A stretch of 64,000 nucleotides of DNA from Cycas panzhihuaensis (Eukaryota > Plantae > Cycadophyta), in assembly GCA_023213395.1 (NCBI GenBank), contig CM041465.1, positions 199,399,741 to 199,463,740 on the forward strand, given 5' to 3'. Below the pieces are notes generated by a model that was not told the DNA's origin, searched no databases, and saw only the letters and a program-made list of their open reading frames with translations. Within the stretch, counting starts at the first letter, position 1; each line of letters starts with the position of its first letter. Shown in pieces: positions 1-12,353 of the stretch. Position numbers and translations under genes: made by a program.

Positions 1-1600
1 GCTGCTTGTTTAATTTTTGTACCTTCCAAGAGAGTGTAAAAGGTTTCCTTTCTTCAAAGCCTTCATTATAACTAAGGCGCCCTTTGACACCTTCATAACT
101 CCTCCATGACCTAGAATCTAATCCACCCAAAGAAATCAAGTTTCTTTTAAGTTTTGGTACATATATTACTTGTGTCAAGGTTCTCACTACACTATTAAAC
201 ATCTCGATCCTTATGCTACTAAATCCCAATAATTTTATAGAAAACATCATTTCCCATAAGAACATCACCACCATTAAGAGGTTGGTATGAAGAAAACCAA
301 CTCTTGTGCGGACACGTGGTGAGAATCACTTAAATTTAACAACCAATCATGATGGTAATGAGAAACATTACATGCAACTAATACTTCATCATCCATACCT
401 TGACTTGATTCTGCCTGATTTACCTCCTTCGCAGAGTCTTTCTTCTTGTAAAACTCCTTCCTCTTCCAACAGTTCTTCTTGAGGTGCCCTGTCTTACTAC
501 AATGCCAAGATCTTGCCTTACCCTTCTTGCCTTTTGACTTCAATCTTGATGTATTTATGGAACTTTGTCCTCTTTCAATGGATCTACTACTTATTGTCAT
601 AACTTTTAGTGTGGAGGTTTCTAAACTATATTTCCTCCCCACCTCTTCAGTCATCAAAGCACTCACAACAAAGTCATAATCTAGCTCATCAATAGTACTA
701 AAGCTAATGGAGGTGACAATGGTGTCCCAAGACTCAAGTAATAATCATAACAAAGTTACTACCTTGTCTTCATCTTCTATATTTACACCAATGCAAGTCA
801 ATTGACATATAAGAGTATTAAAGATATTTAGATGGTTATATATTTTGGTACCTTACTTCATTTGCAATGAATACAATTGCCTCTTCAAGTAAATTTAATT
901 AGTCACAGACTTTACCATATACAAGCCTTCTAACTTGGTCCATAATCTTACTACTAATTTTTCTCTACTATATTAAAAAGAACTTCATTTGCCAAGCACA
1001 AATATATTATGCTGAGAGCTCTTTTATCCAAGTCCTCCCATTTATCATCATCCATTCTTAAGGGTTTCTTTGACTGGCCCTCCAAGGTTATGCATAATCC
1101 ATGTTGCACCAGAATATCATATGCTTTGAGCTTCCACAACTTGAAGTTGTTTTTCCTATTGAACTTCTCCACCTTAAACTTTGCATTTGTTACTTTTGCC
1201 ATTTGATGTAGAAAGAACTAGTACTAAACCCTTCACACACTTGCTACAAAATATAAGTAGCTATGATACCAATTATTGAGAAAACATGGTTTTAAATAAC
1301 TAAATCTACCACCAAGATCTATTCTATTTTATAATAAGAACAAGATTCAAAATTGTAATAAAATGCAAGTATATAAACTAGAGATAATTGAATGCATACA
1401 CAAGAAAAACATGAGCATTACCAAATACACCAGATTTAATATGGTAAAACCCTAGCAGGGTGCTAGGTAAACATCCACACAAGAAAGATATCAAGCTTTA
1501 TTGATCAAGAATGGAAATCTGTACTAGAGTGACCACAGAGTTCTCATAGCAATAACAACATAACCACAAGTAAAAATTACCTAATTTGATTCATATGAAG
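1..1600 (-). mobile_element. Degenerate Ty1/Copia LTR retrotransposon, 5' part (5' LTR, PBS, gag, protease region); runs off the left edge
   Basis: ORF 954..1202 has the Copia gag N-terminus (KFNRKNNFKLWK). ORF 274..666 has a degenerate zinc knuckle (SWHCSKTGHLKKNC) and a protease-like WLLNLSDSHH. PBS-like tggtatcatagc (tRNA-iMet type) on the - strand at 1260..1271. The outer LTR end is not delimited, so 1600 is approximate. Confidence 0.8.
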
Positions 1601-1654
1601 AGTGCCATAAGAAGGTACAAAATCTCAATCATTAGATATATGGCCCTTTTGATG

Positions 1655-1865
1655 AACGACCCTATTCTCTTTATTGTTTGATAGGTTTTGAACCCTAAAA
1701 TTTTACTTCAGGGGTTGTTGCCCTTGAACCCCTATTTGTAGGGGAGGGGGGTTTGGCTCCCCTTCGCACCCCCCCAGCTAAAGGGGGTTGTTGCCCCCCT
1801 TGGATACCCCCATGAAAAGTTTGTGGGGAAAATCGCATCGAAAATAAGTTAAAATTTTAGTCTCC
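1655..1865. repeat. GC-rich hairpin cluster, possibly a MITE relic
   Basis: Repeated ggggttgttgccc...cccc self-complementary G/C runs at 1710..1810 in AT-rich DNA. Flanks show weak inverted similarity. Confidence 0.4.
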
Positions 1866-3882
1866 TTATACATTGTTATCACATACTCAATAAAGTCAAA
1901 AGTTAAGTCCCTATTATTATGGCCTATATAAAGTTCTTTAATGAATTGATGAAGTTACCTGTACACTTGAAATCCCTCCTCATATAAAAATCCATAACAT
2001 ATTCCATGTGTCGTAACCCTACCAGTGCTAGATTAAGAGTAATAACTCATTATTTTACTTAACTATCTTCTAGCCAACCATTAATGCTACCTTTAAAACA
2101 AGACCATTTTTTAGTACTTGGTCCAATGGGTCAATTATGAACTAAACAAAGTAACATAGAAGTCCACTAAAGTTATTAAGCAGTATCCTCATCTTTTTCT
2201 TAACTTTGAGGACTCAACATCTTAAGGGATGGGACCTATTACATGACCATCCTTCACTAAGCAGAAATGGTTAGTTAGTACATATAATAAGAAATGTTGA
2301 TGGTTAGTGCTAGCCATTAACTTTTGTATACAAGCCACTTATTTCTACTAATAAAATTTGAAGCCATTTTCTTGCTAATGGTATCTTATGCAAATGAGCC
2401 TCTTTTGCTTATTTGAGGCCAATTTATTATAAAAGTAAATGTTATTAGGCCCCGTGTTTTCTTAAAAGGTTATACTTCTATACCCTTTTTAGTTCTCTTT
2501 AGTGTTCTTGTGAACCCTTACCTTGTAATCCGTCTTCTCTATTGATAATAAAAGTGTTGTATTATTACCCGAGATTCTTGTTTTAGTGCTTAAAATTAAA
2601 GTATATTCAGATAAGGTCATCTCAGATAATCCATACTGGATAGTCCTCTCATTTATAACTTCTAACATAATCGATACGTGAAAAATAGGTGTTAATAATC
2701 TCATTTACCAAACTATAACAACATTTAAAACTTACCACATTTAGATTTCAAAAATAAAATTCATCAATCAAACCATGTTTTCTAGTCCTAGTAACCCCAA
2801 GATAGCTTACTTAAGCTTTCTAGGATATTTATCTCTAATAAATTTTAGAAAATAATTTTTTGTCACATAAAATTTTTCAAAATACAACATTGATTTTTCT
2901 CACTTTAGAAAATTCACAAAACTCTTCTTACATGTATAGGAAGATGTCCATCATCTCTAACTCAAGTTTTGAACTCTTTGTCATACAAATCTTTCCAAAA
3001 TGTAACATGTATTTTTCATTACTTAATCAAAGTTTTATGCTTGTTTAGCCATAAGAAATTAAAGAACCACTATCATTCGATTTAGATACCTCCCTTTCAT
3101 CATCCTTGTGAAAACTAGACTTTGAAACTAGATCTAAGCCCTTCAAAATCAATTGGTTGCTCTTTATCTATTCTCACAACTTTCTTCTCTTAAAACCTAC
3201 ACTTGCATCAAACTTTCTCCAAAAGAACATAAAAATAGAAAAAAAAAAAACTCTTTTTTCTCACATATACCTAAACTTATTTTCCTCTTAAACGTAGGTT
3301 AGTTCATTGTCATCAATGCCATTAAGGTGTAGTGGAAAGATTTAGGCAAATGTGGTTGTAATAGTATTTACAATTATGGTTGTTAGTATAAGTGTCAACT
3401 ACCTTTACGTCTAACTAGTAAGAATATCTTTCTGTAGTGAGTCCCATGGTGGCTCCCTCCTATTTGAACATATATATGCCTTTAATATGATTCTAATGAG
3501 ACTGATTTAGCCCAATTCTATCAATAAATAGAAAAGTTATAAATGAAACTATGCAAGTTTATAAACTAATTTTTGTATTGCCAATCTATAATTTTGATAT
3601 TTTTAGGCTAATGGGGACACTTTACAAGTTTGTATAATAAATTTCTTTACATCAAAATAAATGCCATTGAATAAGGATTCTAAGCCAACTAGAATAATCA
3701 AATTCTAACTTCAAATGAGTGAGATATTATTGAAAATATGTAAAGATGTCTAGATGCAATTCCCACTTGGTTGAGTGCACAAGTTGAGTCATCTAAATCT
3801 GACTTTAGATGAGTGAGATATCACACACTTTTTCCTACTTAAAAGTGAAGTTTTATGCTACAATTATGTTGTAATAAATCAA

Positions 3883-4120
3883 AAGTTAATACAATTGAGT
3901 TATATTAAGTCCAAGTTAATACACAAATTGATATAGTCAATGTGTATTGAATTACAAGTTAGTGCAATTGATCTGTATTAAGTCTAAGCTAATATAATTG
4001 ATATATACTAAGTTTGAGTTAGTACAATTGATATGTATTAAGTTCAAGTTAGCTTCATTAGTGTGAACTAAATCATAAGTTAATATGATCTAGCTATACT
4101 AAGTTGCAAATTAAATATGC
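3883..4120. repeat. ~30-bp AT-rich minisatellite, about 7-8 degenerate copies
   Basis: Units such as aagttaatacaattgagttatattaagtcc, aagttagtgcaattgatctgtattaagtct and gagttagtacaattgatatgtattaagttc. Confidence 0.85.
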
Positions 4121-4199
4121 CTTCCTAGTAGCTTTAAGATAATATGACTTTTGCATCTGAAATCTACTAGTAATTTTAAATGTATTTGTACGATCTCCA

Positions 4200-5850
4200 A
4201 CCTAATCTATATCTTTCATGCCTATATTTGACTAGTAAGAAGAAAGTGATTTAGAAGTGCTCTCCTACCACACTCTTCTATTACTATATGAAAATAATCC
4301 TAGTAATTTCAAGTTTGCATATCTTTTTCATTTGATGTCATTTCAGGGCTTCCACCACTTGTTTTAAAGATAACAATGCCTTTTTCAATTTGATGGACTT
4401 ATCTCATACAAATATATAATACCTCAAAGAAATCATAAAAGTTCTAATTTCCAATGACCATTCCCTTATGATGATTTCCCCTTATTCTTCCCTTCATATC
4501 ATGTGCTCTCCTATATATACTACTCATCTAAGCAATCTAGTTAATTTTATGTTATATAAGCAACAAATAAATAAAATTTACAAATGTTAAGATGTTAGAA
4601 AAGATAAACACCATGAGTTTAAATGGATTATCATCTTATATCAAAACACTACAACCTATAAAACAAAATTGTTATGTCCTTATACTTAATGGAGCATGGA
4701 ACACGCTTCTACCTTACACGAGATGAATAAAACTATAAAGTAAAAGATAATTACATATATGACACAATGCTAATTTAACTAGAAAATGATAAGAACTTGG
4801 GCTTTTATAACTTCCCTATTATGCATCAATTTACTTGCATTTATTTTTTGGAGTTATTATTATTTACCATATATATATATATATAGATATAACATGAGAG
4901 TGCTCTTGAATGAAGACATGGGGATCTAACACATGGGCATATTATATAGGAGATCACACCATTATCAATAGGAGCACATCACCTACTAGTCTTGTCTATT
5001 CTTATCCAATATAATAATAATATAAATGTGTGATAAATATATGCACTAGAAATTACATATTTCATTTGTTGAGTTTAGCTTGCTTATGTCACAATCAATT
5101 CTTCTTATCTATTTAATGGTTTAGCCTTCTCAATGCTAGAGTTTTGAGTTTATTATTTTACTTTAGATCTTGATTGATATTGGTATATCTACTCCTTCTC
5201 TCTTATTGTGTAATATACATTTTTACATATGCAACATCATGTTTTTTTTTTTAACTAATCACCTCTGGTTGGCTTTTGATAAGCATATCATAGTCTGAAT
5301 CATTCTTTTTAGGTGTATAAGTCAATTTATACTTCCTTTCTATGAATACATTACAATTTATTATGTAGATTTAAACATGTTTTATCAAAATTTTAATGTT
5401 TTCCTAAGCCTAAACATTTGATGGCATTTATCCTTAAGGTATTTGGGGCCACTTTCAAGTTTAATTCTTGCCATGATGGGGATCATTCTTCTTTGTTAAG
5501 TGATTGGTCATGTTTACATGAACCTTATCTTTTGCTCTTAGTCTTGCATCTATAAAGATGTCCAACATCTACTTGTTCTGTTTTTGTCTTCTTCTCTATT
5601 AGATGATAGGATTGCTTTAGAATCATTATACATACTTTTGTTTTGTTTCCTTTTATGATTGGGTCCTATACGTATTTGCCCATGCTATATTCATTGTTAT
5701 AAATACACTACTAAACCAAGTATAACCTCATTATGGGTTGGTTCATTCCCATAACCTTAATGTATCATTTAGTACTAACTCTAACATGACATCATATTTT
5801 TACACACATTGAGTCACATGTTAAACTTGCTAGAATCTCTCATAATTAAG
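4200..5850 (+). mobile_element. Highly decayed Copia RT/RNase H remnants
   Basis: Only faint translated motifs (for example an LRYL-like stretch near 5430 and CHF-like near 4335). No ORFs survive. Confidence 0.3.
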
Positions 5851-8800
5851 AATTTTAACTTGTAAAAATATCAACCTAATTGATAACTTATTTTCCATCA
5901 GGGAATATGAGAAATTAATAATGGAAATCATGGAAATATTTATGCATCAATGTTATTATTAATAATGGTTGATTCTATGGCAATGCCAAATATAATAATG
6001 GCTCCATACGTTTAAGATGACCACACCCGCTTAACATGTTTGGTATGAAATTACCATGCACGTTTCCTCACATTATACGTAGGTCTATTAAGATGATGGC
6101 ATATTTTAGCTACATTATATTATATCCCAATGCCTTAAGTAACATTATACAATCTTGATCTTTTTTGAAATCAAACATATTAATCATGGAAAGTAATTGA
6201 GCACATTGAAAACATAAAATATACAACCTATGTAAAATGCTTCTCTTGCCTTTAATATTATACTTAGAGTCATCTTCCTTTAATTATTATTTATTCTATT
6301 TTCACATATTATTCATTCATTACTACTTAACCTAAAATATTAGGTCATGCTTATACCTTGCTTCCGTACCTCTCTCAAAATAATATCTTAAAAGAAGAAT
6401 GAGTGTATTTTGTGATATGATTAATTATGATCCACACTAATGCCCTAAAAAATAAAATATATAATATTCTTATTCCATTACAATCTTAAATAAGTGTAGA
6501 TTCTATTATTTTCTTTTGCACCATATCCTTTACAAAAATACATATAAACCTTCAATATATTTACCATTATATTGTTATGTTAGATACCCTTAATTCAATG
6601 TCATGTTTTAACCTATTATATTTTATTTTCTTATAGTAAATAGAGTTCATTGGTTTTGTTTAATAATTAATACTAAAAATTAACACCAATTGATCCACTC
6701 AAGTTAATTTGCTCATTAGAGGGTGATTTTGGATTTTGAAAATTCATATATAGGGCATTGCGATTGAAACCTTGATTGTATTAATTTAAATATTAAATGA
6801 CCCAATTCCCCAAATAGGCACATCCTTTGATGGAATTACGACTTGTCAAATAGAGAGTAGTAATAGGGTACAAAATAATAAAGAGGAATGGGATAACAAG
6901 GTTGGGATGAAAAAATTACAATTCTTGTATTTTCTTTAATGTAATATTTATTGACATTATTATAAACTATCCAAAAAATATAATAGTCTATAGACTAAAA
7001 TTGTTGTACTCGTGGTCATATTAGAAAGTCTAAGCTCTTTCTTTTGTCCTCCATCAATAATGTCCTTGCATAAATTATCACATTGTTATAAGATGCACAT
7101 GCCTTAAGATGACTCTATAATATAGGGCACTTACATGTTATTTCGATAGTTTGAAATTTTAATTATGAATATCATGAAATGCATGCCCTTCATTTTAAAG
7201 CCATGAATGACTACTATCATTTTGATTGATTTTATATAAAGTAAAACAAGAATCTTAAGATTTTTTAATGTTAGGAGGACAATCCAACATTAAATAATAG
7301 TTTCAAAATTTTATGATATTTACATATGTTGCTTTAAACATGATACCTACATAAAGCATTATTGGTATATGATGTTTTCCTTTTGTTTTGATGTGTATTT
7401 GTTTTGTAAGAGTGTCACAACTTGCCAAATAAGAAGTAGCTTATAAATAATAAATTATAAGTGAATAAAACATCCAATCCTTCAAATGTTCCTTAATCCT
7501 TCAATTGCCTTATCATCATGTCTTTAATAATACTTTTTATTTTTCCCTAAGAGAAGCATGGGAGCCACTTCCACATATGAAGCCTTGGATGAAGGAAATA
7601 TACTTTGTTCATAATTCATTTTGATTTTATTTCATTTTAATTAATAACAATTTTTATATTGTATGTTATAATATAATGGAAACCACTCACTAAAAGATAA
7701 TGATAAATAATATTTATTTTCAAATTGTTTTATGTATGTGTTAATATCATAATGTAATACACACCAACACAAGAATTAACCACCTTATTTATGTGCAAGT
7801 GCATTTGTTATATATCAAATGCTATGACAATTAATAAAGTCGGGTTGAATGTGATAGCTACATTATTAACATGAAAATTATTTAAGTGAACTAAAAGAAG
7901 TCACAACATAATAGACTATATAAGAGTATTGTTTGCAGAGAGGAGTGATCATGATGCATGACAAGTGATAATCTTCACTTAGCTGTAAGAACAAAGAAGT
8001 TGACATTAGGCATCAGTTCTTTGAAAATCCACTTTAGATCTAAATCAACATAGACTAGTCCAATTATATAATCATGCCCTTAACAAATACTAAATTGATA
8101 GTAAGCTAGTACGTATCTCTTTATTTTATGTTTTATCTTTAATGACACTTGCCACATGTAAGGTGGATGTCATACTAGTCAACTTTTGTATCCAACTAAC
8201 TTGGATATGTGGTTAAATTTTCTTTGGTGTGAATATGCCCTCAAAGTACAACATTTGAGTGCCACATATTGTGCATTAAGGGTGTGAAGCTTATTAGTAT
8301 GCCTAAGAAACAACCTTTAATTCTCTCCACAGGTACTATTACTTTTTAAAAATTAAATATCTCATAGATTTTTTATGGCCTCCATAGTACTAATGTCATT
8401 TGTCTCCATCCCCCTTCACTTTCATGTACTAGACTTTTTATTTCCTATTCCTATCCTCTATCTTGAAAGAAAAAAGCTTGCAATTCCACCCCCTACATGT
8501 CTCCTTCAAATGCTTACGCTAATGTCCTCCTCAGGAGGTTTGTGTAGAGGCCCACTCTATGATAGCTAAGATTATGATGTTACACGTAGAGAGTGTAAAG
8601 ATGAAGGGTAGGTTTTTTTTGAGCTCAAGCCAAATTTTGATTACATTTCCAAAGCTGTTGGATTTGAGATGTAAGGTCAAAATGGTGTAGCTTGAGTGGC
8701 TAACTAGTTGGAATTTGTATGGTCAAAATGGCATTGCTTGAGTCGTTAACTGCATGGAGACATTTATAATGTGTCTGTAAGGGCTAAAGGCTAGGTACAA

Positions 8801-10089
8801 GCTCAAAATCCATGCAAATATTTATAGCATATGTTTATAAGGACTCAATGCTAACAAGACATGAATTTTTCATCTCATCAACAAAGATGGTACATCGTAA
8901 AAGCCCCCAAAATTGCTTTGTACTCGAACAATGACAAATTTTTACCTTCTTTTCCGATATTTTGTGGTGGGCAATGAAAAATAGAAAACAAATAATTACA
9001 CTCTTAACTCATACATGGGCACTCCCTATTAATGTGAATAACCAAATCATATTACTTAACTCATAAAGAGGCATGTATTTACACAAGGTTTTAAATTTGT
9101 CAATCTAGCTTGAATAGTGGAGTTGATCTCATATAATTAGCCATCTTAACTAGTGTTAGGTCATAGCTAGGATTATCCACAAAAACAACTTATTTGAGAC
9201 AACCATCTCATAAAATACTGGCTACTAATTTGATTTGTTAGAGCTTATTGAAAAATATTCAACATTACACCTCTTCCCTCCTGACGTTTCACTTTAGATT
9301 GATGACTAACAAGGATTATAATAATAAAAATGGAATGCTTTTTTGAATATTTTCATTCACTCACCCTAATGCTTTTCAAATCCATTACGTATGCATGTTA
9401 AGTTTCTATTATAACTTTGCCAACCTTGACTTAGGCAGGGGTCCCATGGAGGAGTGCTTTTTGAAAAATCTTAGCAGCAACTTTGAGACTTTTTAAGAGT
9501 TGACAGGGGAAATGGGGTCCTATGGATTTTCCCATTTCCCTTTATTGCTCTATCTTATGTGGAAGGTTCCACACATCACTGAGTTTACTACAACTGACAT
9601 ATTTAATGACAATGATCTTGTCTTAACAGATACTGGATTGTAATAATACAACTTTTCGAATACTGAGGAAAAAATAAATGAGAGCATATATTGATGCCAT
9701 ACTGGCTTGAATTTGCTTAAGTAACATCAACTTAATCTCAACTCCTTCATTTTTGCAATTGCTGGAAGACTCGCACCTTAAACAGTTATGGTCTTTGAAT
9801 TTAGAAAAAGATTATGTGTTCTCCTACGAGCAAGTCAGTAAAATATTGAATTGCGTTTTTCATAAATATAAGAGCTCAACCCTTTATATAGAACCATGCC
9901 CTCAGTGTTTTAAAACCCCATTCATTTCTAAAAATCTGTGATGAAGCATAGAGCAAGCATCTCTTGTGGATGCAATAATCTTTCATGGGTAACACCATTG
10001 AATTGGACTAATTAGATACCTACATGTCACACATCTACCCATAAGGAACGCAACACGTATGATACATTTAGATTTGGATATCATTGATT

Positions 10090-10265
10090 TATGCACCACT
10101 ACGTGAAAAGGAGCTAATTAGATAGGTACACATTACACATGTAACCACAAGGAGCCAATCACGTATACCTTTAGGGTATGCACCACTACGTGAAAAGGGG
10201 CTAATTAGATAGGTACACATTACACATGTAACCATAAGGAGCCAATCACGTATACCTTTAGGGTA
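10090..10265 (+). repeat. 87-bp tandem duplication (2 near-identical copies plus degenerate flanking copies) upstream of FAB1
   Basis: atgcaccactacgtgaaaagg...ggagccaatcacgtatacctttagggt starts at 10091 and again at 10178. A diverged copy lies at ~10006..10090. Confidence 0.9.
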
Positions 10266-10279
10266 TCATTCACGTATGT

Positions 10280-11724
10280 ACCACCGCGTGAACACCACGA
10301 GGCTGCTTTACTAGTAAGTCAGATCCAACTGTTATACTGCCGTTGCCGTTAAAATAGCAGCTTTTACCCTAACGAAGTCAAAACGTATCCTTCCAGACTG
10401 TGGCTAGAATGCACCGGTAGTTTGCTTTCGTAGGTTCCTCTACACGACAGCACGAACGTATAGATATGTTACATGTGATAGCATTGCATATCCGTACTGG
10501 ACTTTCGTTCGGCTGGGCCCTCTGGAATTGACCCCGCGACCTCGTGTGCGGGATGAGCCTTGCGATGGCAAACCGTCATCGTTGACGACGTTCGGTCATA
10601 GTTGACAGAAAACCGCGTGGTTTGGAAAAAAGTACGAATCCATTAAAGACGGCCGCGCAGTAAAACTGCCATCTCCTCCCAAGGTGGATAAGGCCGGGCA
10701 TCCCGTCACCAAACGGTAAGATTTGCTACGGTGCATCATCTCTCAACTTTAGAGAGAGAGGGAGATCGCCGATCCTTTAGGGAGAGGACACAGAAAGACG
10801 ATGAGTGCAAAACCGGTAATTTTCTGGTTGTATTAGTTATCCGGTCTATTTATTTATGTTTTTATATATTTTTGCTTGCAGAGGGGCGTATCTTCTGCTT
10901 CCACGCCAATGGCTTCCCCATGCCTCCCCGCACTGTATCTGGGCGCCAGTTGTAGTGATCTCATCCATCAGACATCCCTTTCTTATTCGTCCTGCGCAAA
11001 GTTCTGATCCCCTCTGCTGCTAAACGTTAAGTCGCCTTTGTTCGCTTGCACTCAGATTCTGCTCGGTTCACAATCTTGAAAGGACCCACGGTCGTTGCGG
11101 TTCGATTCCCTTGGCTTTAGTTTCCTTTATTTCGACTTCACGGATTCCTGCCTCCGCCCTTTCTAAATTTAATTTAACAGCTTGTCTTAACGTTGGACCG
11201 ACATCCGTGCTGGGAAGGAACCAATTCCGTTTTTGGCTCTTCGGGGGGTTCGCCATCATATTGGATTTGTTCCGAGTACTGGAAAATTGCGAGGCTCTGC
11301 GGTTGGGAACGGTTGCAGAGTCTCGAGCGCGCGATGTAACTGCAGACAGGGAGCGGGTCGGGTTTGATATTTGTCGACGGCTGGCAGAATTGTTTTTTAG
11401 GGAATTTTACGAAGGCAAAGACTGGAGGGCGTCGGATTCGAGCCGCGGCGGATTCTTCTTTCTGCAGTATGTAATTTATTTCGATAATGAATAGCGATGT
11501 TTGTCTGGAATCTCTGGCATAGGCTAATTTACCACGATTTTTTTATTAAACCTGATTTGCTAGGATAGGGTTTGGGGAGGGAAGGGCAAGATTTCTGGAG
11601 TGGAGTGTAAAAATGGCCGGAATTCTGGGGAATGGTAGAGAGTTGTAGGGAGAATAAAGTTAGTACGGTGCAGCGGCCAATGCAATAGTTAGGGAATCAT
11701 CATGAGTACAGAGGCTCGCGGTAG
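10280..11724 (+). promoter_or_regulatory. CpG-rich promoter and long 5' leader of FAB1
   Basis: Sharp rise in GC and CpG content relative to the CpG-depleted flanks, a GA-repeat at ~10751, and position directly upstream of the FAB1 ATG. The TSS is not mapped. Confidence 0.65.
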
Positions 11725-12353
11725 ATGGGAACTGCAGAAATCACGCTCTCAGATATAGTTGGGAAGGTGAGATCATGGATTCATCCTAGAGCTGAGTCAT
11801 CGAATGTGTCGAGGGACTTTTGGATGCCCGATCATAGCTGCAGGGTTTGTTATGAGTGCGATTTGCAGTTTACGATATTTAATCGACGGCATCATTGCCG
11901 AATTTGTGGTCGTGTGTTTTGTAGAAAGTGCACACTGAGTACAATCCCTGCTGTTTCTCCCGACGGTTGGAAAAAAAGCCGGGAAGAGGGGGAGCGTATT
12001 AGAGTTTGCGACTTCTGTTTCAAACAATGGGAGCAAGAGATCATAACATCTCAGTATGATGGGATTCAATTGTCGACCACAGGGATCAGCCCTTCCCCAT
12101 CATTTACAAGTCTGGCACTCAGCAGTACGTGCAGCGGTAATAGTAGTACAAGTATCAGTTCTATGCCATATTCAAACGGTCCTTACCAAGATATTAATAA
12201 CAGTTCGGCTTTCGACCCCACCCAAGCTCTTGGATTGGAGACACAACTGGATGGGAAACAAGATACGCAGTATTTGGGAAGAGACCGGGATTCTGTTTTG
12301 GGTGTTGAATCTGGAGGCTCCTCTCCGAATCTTTTTAGAATCTGTACTAACAG
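11725..12353 (+). CDS. FAB1: FAB1 coding exon 1 (FYVE domain)
   Basis: ATG at 11725, FYVE motifs, donor aacag|gtattt (phase 2). Confidence 0.92.

Noticed and set aside
11111-11494. 127-aa ORF in the FAB1 leader
   Set aside because: Non-ATG (TTG) start, no recognisable domain, and expected by chance in GC-rich DNA.
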